A stretch of DNA of 64,000 nucleotides from Leptospira sp. (GCA_034439575.1 JAWXAQ010000027.1:224001-288000), one strand, 5' to 3'. Numbered from the stretch's first letter, positions 22,365-34,092 are shown. Notes: generated by a model from the sequence alone, not told the origin. A program made the numbers and translations.

Positions 22365-25118
22365 ATGCTCGACAAAAATTTCAACCGTTTAAAATTTCAA
22401 GAATCGAATTCCGAGTGGATTAGATCGTTTTCCGTAGATTCTATAAAATGTCTTATCGTTTGCCGAGGCCCTGTGCGTAAAGAAACGATGGATGTCTTTG
22501 ACCTAATTGGCGTTAAAGAATATGGAATTTTACTTTCTGAAAAGGATTCCATTGTTTATCCAAAAGCACTGGCACCTGAATTAAGAAATTTTAGATTTCC
22601 AGAAAATGTGCACCGAGTCCCAGATTATATGGGTGCCGGGAAAGAAGAAAAAGAACAAAGAATTAAACAAATTATTTCGATCGCAAAAGACAATGGTTAT
22701 ACGCACCTTTTTGCTGGTTATGGATTTATGGCAGAGGATGCCGAGTTTATAGAAGCCATTGAAGATTCTGGTCTAACGTTTATGGGCCCAAGTTCACATG
22801 TTGCTAAGGGAGCAGGGGCTAAGGACGAAGCAAAAAAATTGGCTCGGTCTTTGAAAGTTTCTGTCACTCCTGGTGTAGATAATATCACTGCGCTTGCACT
22901 TGTTCGTAAAGTTGGAAACAAAGATGGCCTTTTAAAAATTGCAAAAGATAACCAAATTGATTTCAAATTTAATGATTCCTTAAGTATCGAAGACAATGCG
23001 GAACTCCTTCTCCAATTGTCTTATGAAAAAACAGTAGACCTAACATCGATTCCAGATTTGCAAAAAGAATCGCATATCCTATGTGAAGATATTTGGAAAC
23101 AATATCCTGGTAAGAGGATTCGTTTTAAATATATTGGTGGTGGTGGCGGTAAAGGCCAAAGAGTCATCAATGAAAAATCGCAAATTGATGCAGCAGTAAT
23201 GGAAATTTTAGCCGAGTCTAAAGTAACAGCTATTGGTTCAAACAGAAATTTCCTTATCGAATTAAATATTGAAAATACAAGACACAATGAAATTCAAATG
23301 ATAGGAAATGGTGAGTGGTCACTGTCCCTTGGTGGACGTGATTGTTCTTTGCAAATGCATGAACAGAAGTTACTCGAAATTTCCCTAACGCAAGAATTAT
23401 TAGAGAAAGAAGCGAATGCAGTTAAGTCCTCTAATCCGAAAAAAGCTGAAATTCTCCTGAAAGATTTAGAAACCTTAAAGGATATGGAACATCAGGCGGA
23501 AGTATTCGGAAAAGCCATTCGTTTGAATAGTGTATCTACTTTCGAGTGTATAGTGGAAGGTAATAGCTTTTTCTTTATGGAAGTCAATACGCGCATCCAA
23601 GTGGAACATAGGGTCACTGAGATGGTTTACCAGCTAAAGTTTGTTAATCCTTCTGATCCAAATGACTATTTTTATGTAGATTCCCTTGTTGAAGCTATGG
23701 CCATTTTGTCCATTCACGCAAAAAGAGTTCCAAAACCGGAAAGAATTCTTCGTAATGTTTCGGGTGCAGAAGTGAGAATTAACGCCACTAACCGCGCCTT
23801 ACAGCCACATGCGGGTGGTATCATTCAAAACTGGTCAAAACCGGTTGAAGGTGAAATTCGTGATGACCAAGGCATTTGCACTCGCAATCCAGATACTGGT
23901 GCCTTTGTTCACTACAACCTTGCTGGAGCCTATGATTCAAATGTGGCGCTAATTGTGAGTTATGGGGAAGACAGAACACACAATTTAGAGATTTTGGGGA
24001 ACATACTTCGTAAAACTGTGTTACGTGGTCAAAACCTAGAAACAAATCTACTTGTTCATTATGGATTGATACAATGGATTTTAGGTAAGGACTCCATGTT
24101 TAAACCATCTACTGCGTTTATGATTTCCTATCTAGCAGGCATTGGTTCTTTACAAGCGATCATAAACGATATAGATTTAGAATATCTTTGGAGCGAAAAA
24201 GTCAAAAAAGCTGATCCTGAATTGAAGAAAGTTTTGTCAAAAAAGCTTACTCTTGTTCTACGACCAATTGAAAAGCTCTTAGCAAATCCTCATGTATTGG
24301 GTGGTTTTTTAGGTTATTATGATGGTAAATTGTGGGATAAAAAGAATGGAAAATTATCTTTCTCTGAAAATCCTATTAACTTCTTAGAAAAACTTTACTA
24401 TTACCTAAATCTGGAGGACGTAAGTACAAAGCCTCCTTCTGAAAAAATTTGGGATCACGATCTTAAGCTTTTAACAAATGCCAAGGCTTTTTATTCCGAA
24501 TTACAATCGCGTTTGGGTATTACTAGCTGGATTGATTTAGATGAAATACTAAAGTCTTCCAAAAATCCAAAACCGGGAGCCATTTCAGATGTAGAATGGA
24601 GCTCTTCACTTGCCGCTCACAATGGATTTCAAGCGGGACTAGAGGTTCTTCTCATCATTCCTAATTTAGGAATCAAATCAAATTTCTTTGAATTAGGAAT
24701 GGATAACAATTTGGAAGGTGTGATTCCTGAAGCATTCAAAAAAGCAGAAACTCGTGATGCTTTGATTAAAACTTTAAATCCACCTCCAAAAATGAGCGGA
24801 GATGAAATTGTTGCCCCAATGGGTGGAATGTTCTATTCAAAAGAAGCACCTAACTTACCTGCAATCATTGAAGAAGGACAAAGATTTGTAGCGGGCCAGC
24901 CTTTATTCATTATTGAAGTTATGAAAATGTTCAATAAAATACTTGCGCCTGTTAGTGGTACTGTTGTGAAAAATCTTATGGTGGATTCGGATGGAAAAAT
25001 CGTTACAAAAGGACTGCCAATTTTTAAAATTAAGCCTGACGAAATTTTAAAAGAGGAAACGCCGGAAGAAATCCGCCTTCGAATGATTAAAGTTACAACG
25101 GAGATTTCTACTTTTTAA
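22365..25118 (+). CDS. Acyl-CoA carboxylase biotin carboxylase / biotin carrier fusion subunit
   Basis: [35 protein letters not shown]-terminal EVMKM biotinylation motif. Confidence 0.92.
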   Translation: MLDKNFNRLKFQESNSEWIRSFSVDSIKCLIVCRGPVRKETMDVFDLIGVKEYGILLSEKDSIVYPKALAPELRNFRFPENVHRVPDYMGAGKEEKEQRIKQIISIAKDNGYTHLFAGYGFMAEDAEFIEAIEDSGLTFMGPSSHVAKGAGAKDEAKKLARSLKVSVTPGVDNITALALVRKVGNKDGLLKIAKDNQIDFKFNDSLSIEDNAELLLQLSYEKTVDLTSIPDLQKESHILCEDIWKQYPGKRIRFKYIGGGGGKGQRVINEKSQIDAAVMEILAESKVTAIGSNRNFLIELNIENTRHNEIQMIGNGEWSLSLGGRDCSLQMHEQKLLEISLTQELLEKEANAVKSSNPKKAEILLKDLETLKDMEHQAEVFGKAIRLNSVSTFECIVEGNSFFFMEVNTRIQVEHRVTEMVYQLKFVNPSDPNDYFYVDSLVEAMAILSIHAKRVPKPERILRNVSGAEVRINATNRALQPHAGGIIQNWSKPVEGEIRDDQGICTRNPDTGAFVHYNLAGAYDSNVALIVSYGEDRTHNLEILGNILRKTVLRGQNLETNLLVHYGLIQWILGKDSMFKPSTAFMISYLAGIGSLQAIINDIDLEYLWSEKVKKADPELKKVLSKKLTLVLRPIEKLLANPHVLGGFLGYYDGKLWDKKNGKLSFSENPINFLEKLYYYLNLEDVSTKPPSEKIWDHDLKLLTNAKAFYSELQSRLGITSWIDLDEILKSSKNPKPGAISDVEWSSSLAAHNGFQAGLEVLLIIPNLGIKSNFFELGMDNNLEGVIPEAFKKAETRDALIKTLNPPPKMSGDEIVAPMGGMFYSKEAPNLPAIIEEGQRFVAGQPLFIIEVMKMFNKILAPVSGTVVKNLMVDSDGKIVTKGLPIFKIKPDEILKEETPEEIRLRMIKVTTEISTF

Positions 25119-26161
25119 GTATAACCGACGATTGCTTTATGCATTTCGCGGAGTGGTAGGACGTTATCTGCTGCTCCGCGTTTGATTGCCTCTTTCGGCA
25201 TACCAAAAACTACACAAGATTCTTCGCTTTGGGCGAAGGTACCTGACCCTGATTCTTTCATTTCTAATAGTCCAGCCGCACCATCATCACCCATACCTGT
25301 CAAAATGATACCGCGTGCATTTTTCCCTGAATTTTTAGCAACAGAACGAAATAAGACATCCACAGACGGACGGTGACGATTGACTAAAGGTCCATCTTTA
25401 ATTTCTATAAAATACTGCGCTCCAGATCGTTTTACTTGCATATGTTTATTGCCAGGAGCAATGAGAGCAAGGCCTGGTGTGACTCGGTCCCCATCTTTAC
25501 CTTCACGCACATCGATTTCGCAAATGCTATTTAATCTTTTGGCAAATGCTTCGGTAAATTTTTCAGGCATATGTTGGACAATGACGATTCCTGGAGTTTT
25601 ATCTCTAGGTAATTTCATTAGTATTTCTTCCAAGGCAATCGTGCCTCCAGTGGATGTTCCGATGGCGACTATTTTTTCTGTAGCTTTGATCTGAGAAATA
25701 TCTGTCTGGATTTTGATTTTTTCTACATGAGTGAGAGTGCGTGGTGTCATTCTACTTAAAATAGTTTCAGAGGCTCCAATGACTGCATCCACAAGTACCA
25801 TGGACGTTTCATTTAAAAAATCTTTTAAACCTACTTTTGGTTTGGTGATGATTTCGACGGCACCGAGAGATAATGCCATGAGTGCTGTGTCAGATCCTTC
25901 TTCTGTTAAAGTTGAGCAGATAACGATAGGAGTCGGCCTTTCTGACATTATTTTTTTTAAGAAAGTGATTCCATCCATTCTTGGCATTTCGATATCTAAA
26001 ACAATCACATCTGGCCAATTTGAATTCATTTTTTCCATTGCAAATATGGGATCGGAGGCACTTCCTAAAAATTGAAAATGTGGATCTTTTGAAAATATGT
26101 CAGTTAATACTTGTCTGACGACAGCAGAATCATCGACTACAAATACTTTAATTTTTCTCAT
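25115..26161 (-). CDS. cheB: Chemotaxis response regulator protein-glutamate methylesterase
   Basis: REC domain (DDS, LDIEMP) + [27 protein letters not shown]. Confidence 0.96.
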   Translation of the reverse strand: MRKIKVFVVDDSAVVRQVLTDIFSKDPHFQFLGSASDPIFAMEKMNSNWPDVIVLDIEMPRMDGITFLKKIMSERPTPIVICSTLTEEGSDTALMALSLGAVEIITKPKVGLKDFLNETSMVLVDAVIGASETILSRMTPRTLTHVEKIKIQTDISQIKATEKIVAIGTSTGGTIALEEILMKLPRDKTPGIVIVQHMPEKFTEAFAKRLNSICEIDVREGKDGDRVTPGLALIAPGNKHMQVKRSGAQYFIEIKDGPLVNRHRPSVDVLFRSVAKNSGKNARGIILTGMGDDGAAGLLEMKESGSGTFAQSEESCVVFGMPKEAIKRGAADNVLPLREMHKAIVGYT

Positions 26162-26679
26162 GCATTTTCATGGTGTGTTTCTAACCAAACTTCACCATCC
26201 CAAATTGTAAAAAAAACCTTTCTGTGCCCATTGCCACCAGTATTTTCAGAAGTGATTTTTACAGAGTGTTCATTTAAAATATCTTTTGCGAATTGGATAT
26301 TTTTCATACCGACTAACATTGAATTGCTAGCCGAAATTTCATCTACAAGGCTACGTTCAACTTTTGAAAACATATTTGAACCTCCAAAAATTTTTGCTTG
26401 GTAATCCGAGATCGGGGTGTGATTTACTTTTGTTGATTTTAAAAAATAATTAAATGCCTCATCACCGTATTTACCTTCTAAACCAGGCGAAATAGGTTTA
26501 TCTGATTTATGCGAAAGGAGGTAATGGCACATCCCTCCGATATGTAATTTTGGATGCCATAAGATAATGGAAACACAGGATCCAAGCAAAGTTCGGACTC
26601 GGACATTTGGACCACCAAAGTAAAGTTCGCCGGGATTTAAATAAATATCCTTAACTTCTTTTGGTGGCGCTAGAGTCAT
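26158..26679 (-). CDS. cheD: Chemoreceptor glutamine deamidase
   Basis: [28 protein letters not shown]. Confidence 0.93.
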   Translation of the reverse strand: MTLAPPKEVKDIYLNPGELYFGGPNVRVRTLLGSCVSIILWHPKLHIGGMCHYLLSHKSDKPISPGLEGKYGDEAFNYFLKSTKVNHTPISDYQAKIFGGSNMFSKVERSLVDEISASNSMLVGMKNIQFAKDILNEHSVKITSENTGGNGHRKVFFTIWDGEVWLETHHENA

Positions 26680-27170
26680 ATTTCGCTAGTTTGTGCTGAT
26701 AAATTTGCACTTTCTTGTAAAGTAGCTAACTCATCTAAATTTAGAATTTGCTCAATATTTAAAAGAATTACAAATTTTTCATCTACCTTTCCGATACCTT
26801 GCATAAAATCTAATCGTATTTTGGCTCCAAAACTTGGTGCATTTTCTACTTTATCAGGAAGGATATCAACAACCTCATTTACTGCATCTACAAGTAGACC
26901 GACATCTATGGATTCTTTTTCTAAAGCTACTTCCGTAATGATAATACATGTTTTGCGACCAAATTCGGTTTTACGTTTGTAAAACCTATGATTCAAATCG
27001 ATAACAGGTACAACATTGCCACGAAGATTGATGACACCAGGAATGTATTCTGGCATCATCGGCACATGCGTGACTGATTCAAATTCAATGATTTCTTTGA
27101 TATGTAATATCCCAATACCAAAAGTTTCATTTGAAATTAGGAAAGTTAAAAATTGTATTTCTTGCAACAT
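26676..27170 (-). CDS. cheW: Chemotaxis coupling protein
   Basis: GVINLRGNVVPVIDL, GLLVDAVNEV. Confidence 0.95.
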   Translation of the reverse strand: MLQEIQFLTFLISNETFGIGILHIKEIIEFESVTHVPMMPEYIPGVINLRGNVVPVIDLNHRFYKRKTEFGRKTCIIITEVALEKESIDVGLLVDAVNEVVDILPDKVENAPSFGAKIRLDFMQGIGKVDEKFVILLNIEQILNLDELATLQESANLSAQTSEI

Positions 27171-27181
27171 ATTTAACCTAC

Positions 27182-29896
27182 CTAAAATTTTTGAAACTTA
27201 TCATGATTCTCACCAGTTGTTGATAATCTAGATCCTGGATTTTGTTTTGAAACTGGAGTTCTCGTCGGTTGAATTTTTTTTGCATTTGATTGCGTAACAC
27301 TTTGTGCTACTTTAAAAAAACTTATTGAACCGAGCAATTGTTCGGCGCGAGCTTTTAATTCTTCGGCAATGGCAGCTAATTCCTCTGAGGCGGAGGCACT
27401 TTGTTGTGAAACTTGGTCGAGTTGCGACATAGCCTTATTCACCTCATTGACACCAGAGGATTGTTCTTGACTAGCAGCTGCTATTTCTTGTACCAAGTCA
27501 GCGGTTTTGTTAATAGCTGGCACAATTTCTTCGATTAGTTTACCGGCCGCTTCTGCGATTTGAACGGAACCACCAGCAAGGGAACCAATTTCATTTGCTG
27601 ATTTCTGACTTCTTTCTGCTAGTTTTCGCACTTCTGAAGCGACAACGGCAAAACCTTTCCCATGTTCACCGGCACGAGCCGCTTCAATAGCGGCATTTAA
27701 TGCCAGTAAGTTGGTTTGATAGGCGATATCTTCTATGATGGATATTTTATCAGCAATCTCTTTCATGGCAGAGACTGTATTTTTTACTGCTTCTCCACCT
27801 TGTTTTGCTTCTCTGGCTGATTTTGTCGCAATGGAATCGGTTTGTTTTGCATTTTCTGCATTTTGATCAATAGATGCTCCCATTTCTTCGAGGGATGCTG
27901 TTGTTTCTTCAACAGAAGCTGCCTGTTCACTAGCACCTTGAGATAATGTGCCAGCAGTGGAAGATACTTCTTCTGCCGCATTGACTAGGGCATCCGTATT
28001 CAATTTTACTTCGTCTATGATTTTGATTAACGTTTTTGTCGTGTTGTTAAATGAATCACGAAGTTTCGCAAAACCAAAATCGTATTCGTTTTGAATTTGT
28101 GCTGTGAGATCACCAGCTTCTAATGCGGATAGTCCTACAACTAAATCTTCTACGATTCGATTTGTTTCTATTGATAATTTTTTCTGATCAGTAATATCAG
28201 TTGCAAATTTGATAACTTTGTAAGGTTTTCCATTAAAATCCAATATAGGATTGTATGTTGCCTGTAACCAAACTTCTCTTCCACCTTTTCCTATTCTTTT
28301 ATATTCAGCAGTTTGAAATTCGCCACGATTTAAAGCGGCCCAAAATTGACGGTATTCTTCCGAATTTACTAACGAAGGTTCAGCGAACATACGGTGATGT
28401 TGACCTTGTATTTCATTTAGAGAATAGCCCATAGTTTGTAGGAAAATATCATTGGCAGTGATTATTGAGCCATCCATATTAAATTGAATGGTCGCTTGCG
28501 ATTTACTGATAGCTTGGATTTGACCTTCATAATCCAAATTCTTCTTTTTCTGATCAGTGACATCACTTGCAAATTTAATAACTTTATAAGGTTTACCTTG
28601 TGTATCAATGATGGGTGTATAAGTAGCTTGGAGCCAGACTTCTCGGCCACCTTTTGCGATTCGTTTGTATTCAGAAGTTTGAAATTCCCCTCGGTTTAAA
28701 GAAGCCCAGAATTGACGATACTGTTCAGTATTAACTTCATTAGGATCCACGAACATTCTGTGGTGTTGGCCTTTAATCTCTGTTAGACTGTAGCCAATCG
28801 TTTTTAAGAAATTTTCATTAGCTGTTTCTATTGTTCCATCCATTTTGAATTCAATGGTCGCCTGAGATTTATCTATAGCTTTTTGATTAGCATTTTTTTC
28901 TGTAGAATCTGCCCACTCAACAACACTTCCTAATCTTTCACCTGATTCAGTGATGATGGGATTGGCAATTAAATCAAATTCACGATTTCCGATTTTGATA
29001 CTACTTCTAAATTCAGAAGTGAATGTACTTAACAATCTTCTTTGATGGCTTGGATCTTTATGATAACTATCTATATTGCTATTCATTAATTTACCTAATG
29101 AAAAGTGTGTCAGCTGTGTTTTGATGTCCATCTCAGATTTGGCAAACATAGATTGTATCGCTTTGTTCATATAATTAACGTTCAGATCTTTGTCCGCCAT
29201 CATGATGTTAGTAGAAACATTGTCGAGTGCGCTTTTAATAATTTTGTTCATCTTATCTTGCTTTTGATAGATATGAAAGATGTAGTAGGTGAAAAGAAAA
29301 AAGATAAGAGAAAATAAAATCGAACTGCCAAGAATTAAATAATAAGGACTTTCGGAAGTTGTCGAAGATTCCAGTGAATTTGCTGGGCTAAATTTAGATT
29401 TTTCATTCAATATAAATTTAACTTGCGAAGATATCGATTCAATAAGTTTAGTTTTGAATTTTTCTTTTTTGATTAATTTATCTTCTTCAGTTAATATTTC
29501 AGTCGCTAACGAAAGTGATGTGGATGTTATTGAATTTTGAGTTTCAATGAATTCATTCCAATCATTAGTAGCTTTTTCGTTGGGTTCAATTTTTTTAAAT
29601 TCTGTGACCAGATTTTTCATCTCTTCGCTTATATCTTTTATTCTTTTGTTGAAAGATTGTGAATCTTCATTCGTCTGAGAAAAGATTAAAGAATCAATAT
29701 TTGATTGAAGCAAAAAAAGTTTTTCGGTAATTTGTGTGAGGATTTTTTCTTTTTGTCCAATGGATTTTTGATTTAACAAATTGATATCAGAGACCTGGTC
29801 AATTTTATGAACCGAGGCAAATGATATCCAAATTGTATATCCGATTGTAAGAACCGAAAGTAAGGTTAGTTTGGTTCCGATAGTAAAATTTTTCAT
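27182..29896 (-). CDS. Membrane-bound methyl-accepting chemotaxis protein with three PAS domains (Aer2-like)
   Basis: Two TM helices; PAS with [12 protein letters not shown] and VVEWAD; two repeated PAS; signalling domain [41 protein letters not shown]-terminal KFQKF. Confidence 0.93.
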   Translation of the reverse strand: MKNFTIGTKLTLLSVLTIGYTIWISFASVHKIDQVSDINLLNQKSIGQKEKILTQITEKLFLLQSNIDSLIFSQTNEDSQSFNKRIKDISEEMKNLVTEFKKIEPNEKATNDWNEFIETQNSITSTSLSLATEILTEEDKLIKKEKFKTKLIESISSQVKFILNEKSKFSPANSLESSTTSESPYYLILGSSILFSLIFFLFTYYIFHIYQKQDKMNKIIKSALDNVSTNIMMADKDLNVNYMNKAIQSMFAKSEMDIKTQLTHFSLGKLMNSNIDSYHKDPSHQRRLLSTFTSEFRSSIKIGNREFDLIANPIITESGERLGSVVEWADSTEKNANQKAIDKSQATIEFKMDGTIETANENFLKTIGYSLTEIKGQHHRMFVDPNEVNTEQYRQFWASLNRGEFQTSEYKRIAKGGREVWLQATYTPIIDTQGKPYKVIKFASDVTDQKKKNLDYEGQIQAISKSQATIQFNMDGSIITANDIFLQTMGYSLNEIQGQHHRMFAEPSLVNSEEYRQFWAALNRGEFQTAEYKRIGKGGREVWLQATYNPILDFNGKPYKVIKFATDITDQKKLSIETNRIVEDLVVGLSALEAGDLTAQIQNEYDFGFAKLRDSFNNTTKTLIKIIDEVKLNTDALVNAAEEVSSTAGTLSQGASEQAASVEETTASLEEMGASIDQNAENAKQTDSIATKSAREAKQGGEAVKNTVSAMKEIADKISIIEDIAYQTNLLALNAAIEAARAGEHGKGFAVVASEVRKLAERSQKSANEIGSLAGGSVQIAEAAGKLIEEIVPAINKTADLVQEIAAASQEQSSGVNEVNKAMSQLDQVSQQSASASEELAAIAEELKARAEQLLGSISFFKVAQSVTQSNAKKIQPTRTPVSKQNPGSRLSTTGENHDKFQKF
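28184..28880 (-). repeat. Intragenic tandem duplication of a PAS-PAC unit, period 366 nt (122 aa)
   Basis: CTGATCAGT anchor at 28184 and 28550; YRQFWA(S/A)[28 protein letters not shown] occurs twice. Confidence 0.85.
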
Positions 29897-29908
29897 AGTA
29901 TCCTCATT

Positions 29909-32041
29909 CTATTGTTTTATTTTTTCTAAATTAATGGTTCGCTGAAAAAGCGAAGGTAAATCAACGATCAGCGCAACACGGCCGTCAGCAAGGATCGATG
30001 ATCCACTGACACCTCGAACATTTTGAAAAACACTGCCCATAGGTTTAATTACAGTTTGAAATTCGCCAAAAAGTTTTTCTACTACGATACCCGCCTTTTT
30101 GTCACCCGATCGAACTATAACAATGTTTTGGCGAGCATTCACAGAGGGTTCTTCTATTTCAAAGACGTCCTTCATTTTTATATAAGGAATCAAACTTCCT
30201 CGCAATGGAAAATATTGATTTTGTAAATCATTGGATTCGATATTGAATTCTAAACATTCCAATACCATTTCCATGGGTAATATATAGTAGGACGAACCTA
30301 CACCAACCAAAAACCCATCTATAATAGCAAGTGTTAAAGGAAGACGAATTAAGAAAGAACTTCCTTTGCCAAAGGTTGATTTGATTTGTACGAGTCCACG
30401 TAAGGATTCTATATTCTTGTGAACTACATCTAAGCCGACACCGCGACCAGATACATTTGTGATAGAAGAGGCGGTAGAAAAACCAGGATGAAATAAAAAC
30501 TTAAATATTTCTTCTTCTGAATCAGGCTTTAATCCTGAAGCTAATCCTTTTTCGATCGCTTTTTGCCAAACCAGATCAGATTGTATGCCACGTCCATCAT
30601 CTCTAATTTCAATGACCACCGAACCCGTGTCATGGTAGGCATTTATCCAAAGATTACCTGCCTTAGGTTTTCCGTTGCGAATTCGCTCTTCCGGAGATTC
30701 TAGTCCATGATCACATGCGTTTCTGACTATATGAACGAGAGGGTCACCTAATTTATCGACTATGTTTCTGTCTAATTCAGTATCTTTACCTTCAATGTGT
30801 AAATTGATTTCTTTAGATAGATCATTTGCTAGATCACGCACAATTCTCTGGTATTTTTGTAATACGTCCCCAATTGGAACCATTCTTAATTTGAGAGAAA
30901 TTTCTCTGACTTCGTTTAAAAGTCGACTAACAAGCATAGCCGATTCTTGCAGTGCGGAATCATTTTTCCCACTTACTGATTGATTTAAGTTAGCTGATGC
31001 AACTACTAATTCGCCAACTCTATTGATTAAAGTGTCCACTCTTTTTGCATCTACGCGAAGAGTTCCACCTTTTGCGTTTGTTTCAGATTTATTTGATTGA
31101 GTGGTACTTTCATTGCTCAATTGGTTTTGAGAAATAGAATTTAAAGATTCTAAATTTTGATTTTCTCCAGAAAGTATTTTTAAATACGTGACCAATTCTT
31201 TTTCATTGATCATACCCATTTCTTTCCAGACATTTCCAAGATAAATTTCTTCTTCTGGCAATTGACCTGCAAGTGAAACAAGGTCCTCGATTTCTGCGAG
31301 TGGGGGAAGGATATGTAAAAAACTATCTGATTCTACAAAATCAAAAGCATTTCGTATTTTTTGAATATCTTCTTTAGATGAAAAAAGAATTTCGAAACCT
31401 AAATAACACTCTTCGGGATTAAAACTTTCCAAAACAGGGAAATTGTTCGTTATCGTTTTTAAGTAAGTAATTTTACCAAGTTTTTTTAAATATACAATAA
31501 AAGAATACGGATCAAGTCCAGATTGAAAGACGGAAGCGTAAGGTCGAAATGATATTAAATAATTCGAATTAACTAATGAAGGCGAATTTGAGTTTTGTGA
31601 TTGAATCGAATCTAATTTTTCATTTTGAATGGAAATTGTTTCTTTTGAGTTATTGACGGCAAGTAATGGCTCAATAGAACTAAGCAAATTTTGACCAATT
31701 TTTGTTCTTTCGTCTGAGATATTTTTTATAGGTTCTGCTTGGACCAAATAATCTAATTGATCTTTTACCTGCAATAGAAGGTCTGTTAGTTGTTTTGTGT
31801 AATTAACTTTTCCTTCACGTACATCATCAAGCAAGTTTTCAACTTTGTGTGCGAATTTGACGGTTTGGTCAAAACCAAACATGCCTGCGGTTCCTTTGAT
31901 GGTATGTACTGATCTAAAAAGAGCATTTAAGTCTTCTGATGTTGGATTTTTTTTCTCCATATCGAGGAGAATTTCTTCCATATTAACGAGCAATTCTTTG
32001 GATTCGATAATATAGGCATCTATAACTTCGGATAGATCCAT
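29909..32041 (-). CDS. cheA: Chemotaxis histidine kinase
   Basis: Hpt FRSVHTIKG, HIVRNACDHG, DDGRG, GFSTA...SGRGVGLDVV, C-terminal CheW-like domain. Confidence 0.96.
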   Translation of the reverse strand: MDLSEVIDAYIIESKELLVNMEEILLDMEKKNPTSEDLNALFRSVHTIKGTAGMFGFDQTVKFAHKVENLLDDVREGKVNYTKQLTDLLLQVKDQLDYLVQAEPIKNISDERTKIGQNLLSSIEPLLAVNNSKETISIQNEKLDSIQSQNSNSPSLVNSNYLISFRPYASVFQSGLDPYSFIVYLKKLGKITYLKTITNNFPVLESFNPEECYLGFEILFSSKEDIQKIRNAFDFVESDSFLHILPPLAEIEDLVSLAGQLPEEEIYLGNVWKEMGMINEKELVTYLKILSGENQNLESLNSISQNQLSNESTTQSNKSETNAKGGTLRVDAKRVDTLINRVGELVVASANLNQSVSGKNDSALQESAMLVSRLLNEVREISLKLRMVPIGDVLQKYQRIVRDLANDLSKEINLHIEGKDTELDRNIVDKLGDPLVHIVRNACDHGLESPEERIRNGKPKAGNLWINAYHDTGSVVIEIRDDGRGIQSDLVWQKAIEKGLASGLKPDSEEEIFKFLFHPGFSTASSITNVSGRGVGLDVVHKNIESLRGLVQIKSTFGKGSSFLIRLPLTLAIIDGFLVGVGSSYYILPMEMVLECLEFNIESNDLQNQYFPLRGSLIPYIKMKDVFEIEEPSVNARQNIVIVRSGDKKAGIVVEKLFGEFQTVIKPMGSVFQNVRGVSGSSILADGRVALIVDLPSLFQRTINLEKIKQ

Positions 32042-32042
32042 A

Positions 32043-32411
32043 TTATTCTTTTTTTGTACCGTAAGATAATTCTAATTCATTGGAAAATTCTTTACTAATT
32101 TTGATTTTATCCCCAAAAAAACCGATCATACCAAGGACATCAAAAACCTTGATGACTGGCAATGAATGATTATTTAAAGTTAGGTGGATATGGTTTTGCA
32201 AGCAGTGTTTTTTAATATACACCAATAATTGGACGCCTGCAGTATCAATTCTTTGAATTTTATGAAGATCAACGGATAGTTTACTGCCAGTTTTTATAGT
32301 TAAATTTAAAAATTTTTCCTTCCAAATCGAAATATATTGAATCGTTAAATAACCTTCCCAAGCTGAGAAATATTCTTCGTTAGTTTCTTTTATCTTAATT
32401 ATAGGTTCCAT
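32043..32411 (-). CDS. STAS domain protein of the chemosensory operon
   Basis: VDLHKIQRIDTAGVQLL motif; lies between cheY and cheA. Confidence 0.85.
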   Translation of the reverse strand: MEPIIKIKETNEEYFSAWEGYLTIQYISIWKEKFLNLTIKTGSKLSVDLHKIQRIDTAGVQLLVYIKKHCLQNHIHLTLNNHSLPVIKVFDVLGMIGFFGDKIKISKEFSNELELSYGTKKE

Positions 32412-32421
32412 AATTTAAGCC

Positions 32422-32787
32422 TTAAGGCATAAGTTTAGAGATAGTATCCAGTAATTCTTCGGGGGAAAAGGGTTTCGTTAACCAAACTTTTGCCCCAGCA
32501 TCGAGGCCTTGTTGTTTTTTTTCGGGTTGTGATTCTGTGGTCAGCATGATGATGGGAGTAAATTTATATTTTGGATTTTCTTTAGCTTTTTTTATGAATG
32601 TGATACCATCCATATTTGGCATATTCATATCAGAAACAATGAGATCGATTTCATTTTCGGAAAGTTTTTTTAGACCCTCTACACCATCACCTGCTTCTAT
32701 TAGTTCAAAATTAGCATTCTTTAGGTGGACGGAAATTATTTTACGAAATACAGCCGAATCATCTATGATTAATATTTTTTTATTCAT
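32422..32787 (-). CDS. cheY: CheY-like single-domain response regulator
   Basis: IIDDS, SDMNMPNMDG, MLTTES, KPF. Confidence 0.9.
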   Translation of the reverse strand: MNKKILIIDDSAVFRKIISVHLKNANFELIEAGDGVEGLKKLSENEIDLIVSDMNMPNMDGITFIKKAKENPKYKFTPIIMLTTESQPEKKQQGLDAGAKVWLTKPFSPEELLDTISKLMP

Positions 32788-32799
32788 TATTTACTCCAA

Positions 32800-34092
32800 T
32801 TAATTTTGAATAGGTATAAAAAGTTCTGCTAAGGTACATAAACTAGAATCTTCGGTCGTATGATCCTTGGCATTGCGAATGAAAAACATACCATTGTGTT
32901 TATTTGCGATGTATTCAACCATTGTGAGTCCAAGTCCTAGGCTGAATGGTTCTTCTCCGTGAACATCTTCCACAGGTGGATGAAATCGGAAGAAGGGTAG
33001 GGTTAATTGCTTTTGCAATTCTTGTGGAATGTTGCTATATAAATCATTTTTTAATTTGTTTTTAACAGATAAACAAAAATATCCATCGATTACCGTTATG
33101 AAAGTATCAATATAGGAATTATTTTGACTATATTTAAGTGCATTGAGAATGATTTCTTTTAATGCTAAAAATATAAGATCTATATCAAGTAATAGTTTAT
33201 AATCACTTTTGAAAATAGGGGGTTTTAACGTTATCGATTTTTGTTTAGATATTTTTTCAAAATGAAGGATTAAAGAGGATATTTTCTCTATGAGTTCAGA
33301 AGAGTTATGTTTACTGAGATTCACTTGTAATTCTAAAATTTCGACGGCTTTATCAAGCCCACGTAACATAGATTTGGTATGATTGTTGTTTTCTTCCAAA
33401 AGAGCAAATAGTTCACCATCAATGGAAACTTGGCCATCATCTGTTCGTTTTGATGTTTGGCTGATGGTATCGATTAAAGTTGCCATTGCACCAAAACCGG
33501 AACCTTGGGATAAAGTGGTTTTTAGATTAAATATAGATGCGTTTTCAGTATTTGCTCCAGAATTTTTGCGAGCGCTTTCTTTATAATTAAGCCATTCTAA
33601 ATGGTCACGGAGTTCTTTGGATTCTTCTTTTAATAAATTTCTTTCTATATCGATGAGATATCTATATTCTAAGGCTTTTTGCAAACTCACTTTGAATAGG
33701 TCTAAATTGATGGGTTTAATCAAATAATCATAAACTCCGAGTTTCATAATGTTTATGATTTCCTCGGAAGAGTCTATTGCTGTTTGGACAAGAATGACAG
33801 AATCTGGATACTTTTCTTTTACTGCTTTGATAAAAGATTTCCCATCCATTACAGGCATCATCAAGTCAACAATGTAAATGCTAAATGTTTGGTGGTCCAA
33901 CAAATCTAAGGCAACACGACCATTTTCTGCAATTTTATATTTTACATCTAGCGAGTCGCAAATGCCAGCAAGTAACATTTGGTTCTCCTCGCGATCTTCC
34001 ACGATCAATATAGGATGTAGTGGTCTACGAGTTTGGGAAATTAATTTTCCAATTTCATGACCAATGGGATTTTGAGATAGACCAGGCATCAT
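32800..34092 (-). CDS. REC + HATPase-like protein lacking a canonical H-box
   Basis: REC (VEDR, VDLMMP, KP); N-box EIILNALKY; G2-like LGLGL; the expected His region reads NLKTTLSQGSGFG. Confidence 0.8.
   Translation of the reverse strand: MMPGLSQNPIGHEIGKLISQTRRPLHPILIVEDREENQMLLAGICDSLDVKYKIAENGRVALDLLDHQTFSIYIVDLMMPVMDGKSFIKAVKEKYPDSVILVQTAIDSSEEIINIMKLGVYDYLIKPINLDLFKVSLQKALEYRYLIDIERNLLKEESKELRDHLEWLNYKESARKNSGANTENASIFNLKTTLSQGSGFGAMATLIDTISQTSKRTDDGQVSIDGELFALLEENNNHTKSMLRGLDKAVEILELQVNLSKHNSSELIEKISSLILHFEKISKQKSITLKPPIFKSDYKLLLDIDLIFLALKEIILNALKYSQNNSYIDTFITVIDGYFCLSVKNKLKNDLYSNIPQELQKQLTLPFFRFHPPVEDVHGEEPFSLGLGLTMVEYIANKHNGMFFIRNAKDHTTEDSSLCTLAELFIPIQN

Noticed and set aside
28184..28880. 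Repeated DNA considered as a CRISPR array or DGR template/variable repeat
   Set aside because: It is an in-frame 366-nt PAS duplication with many synonymous differences; there are no spacers, cas genes or reverse transcriptase
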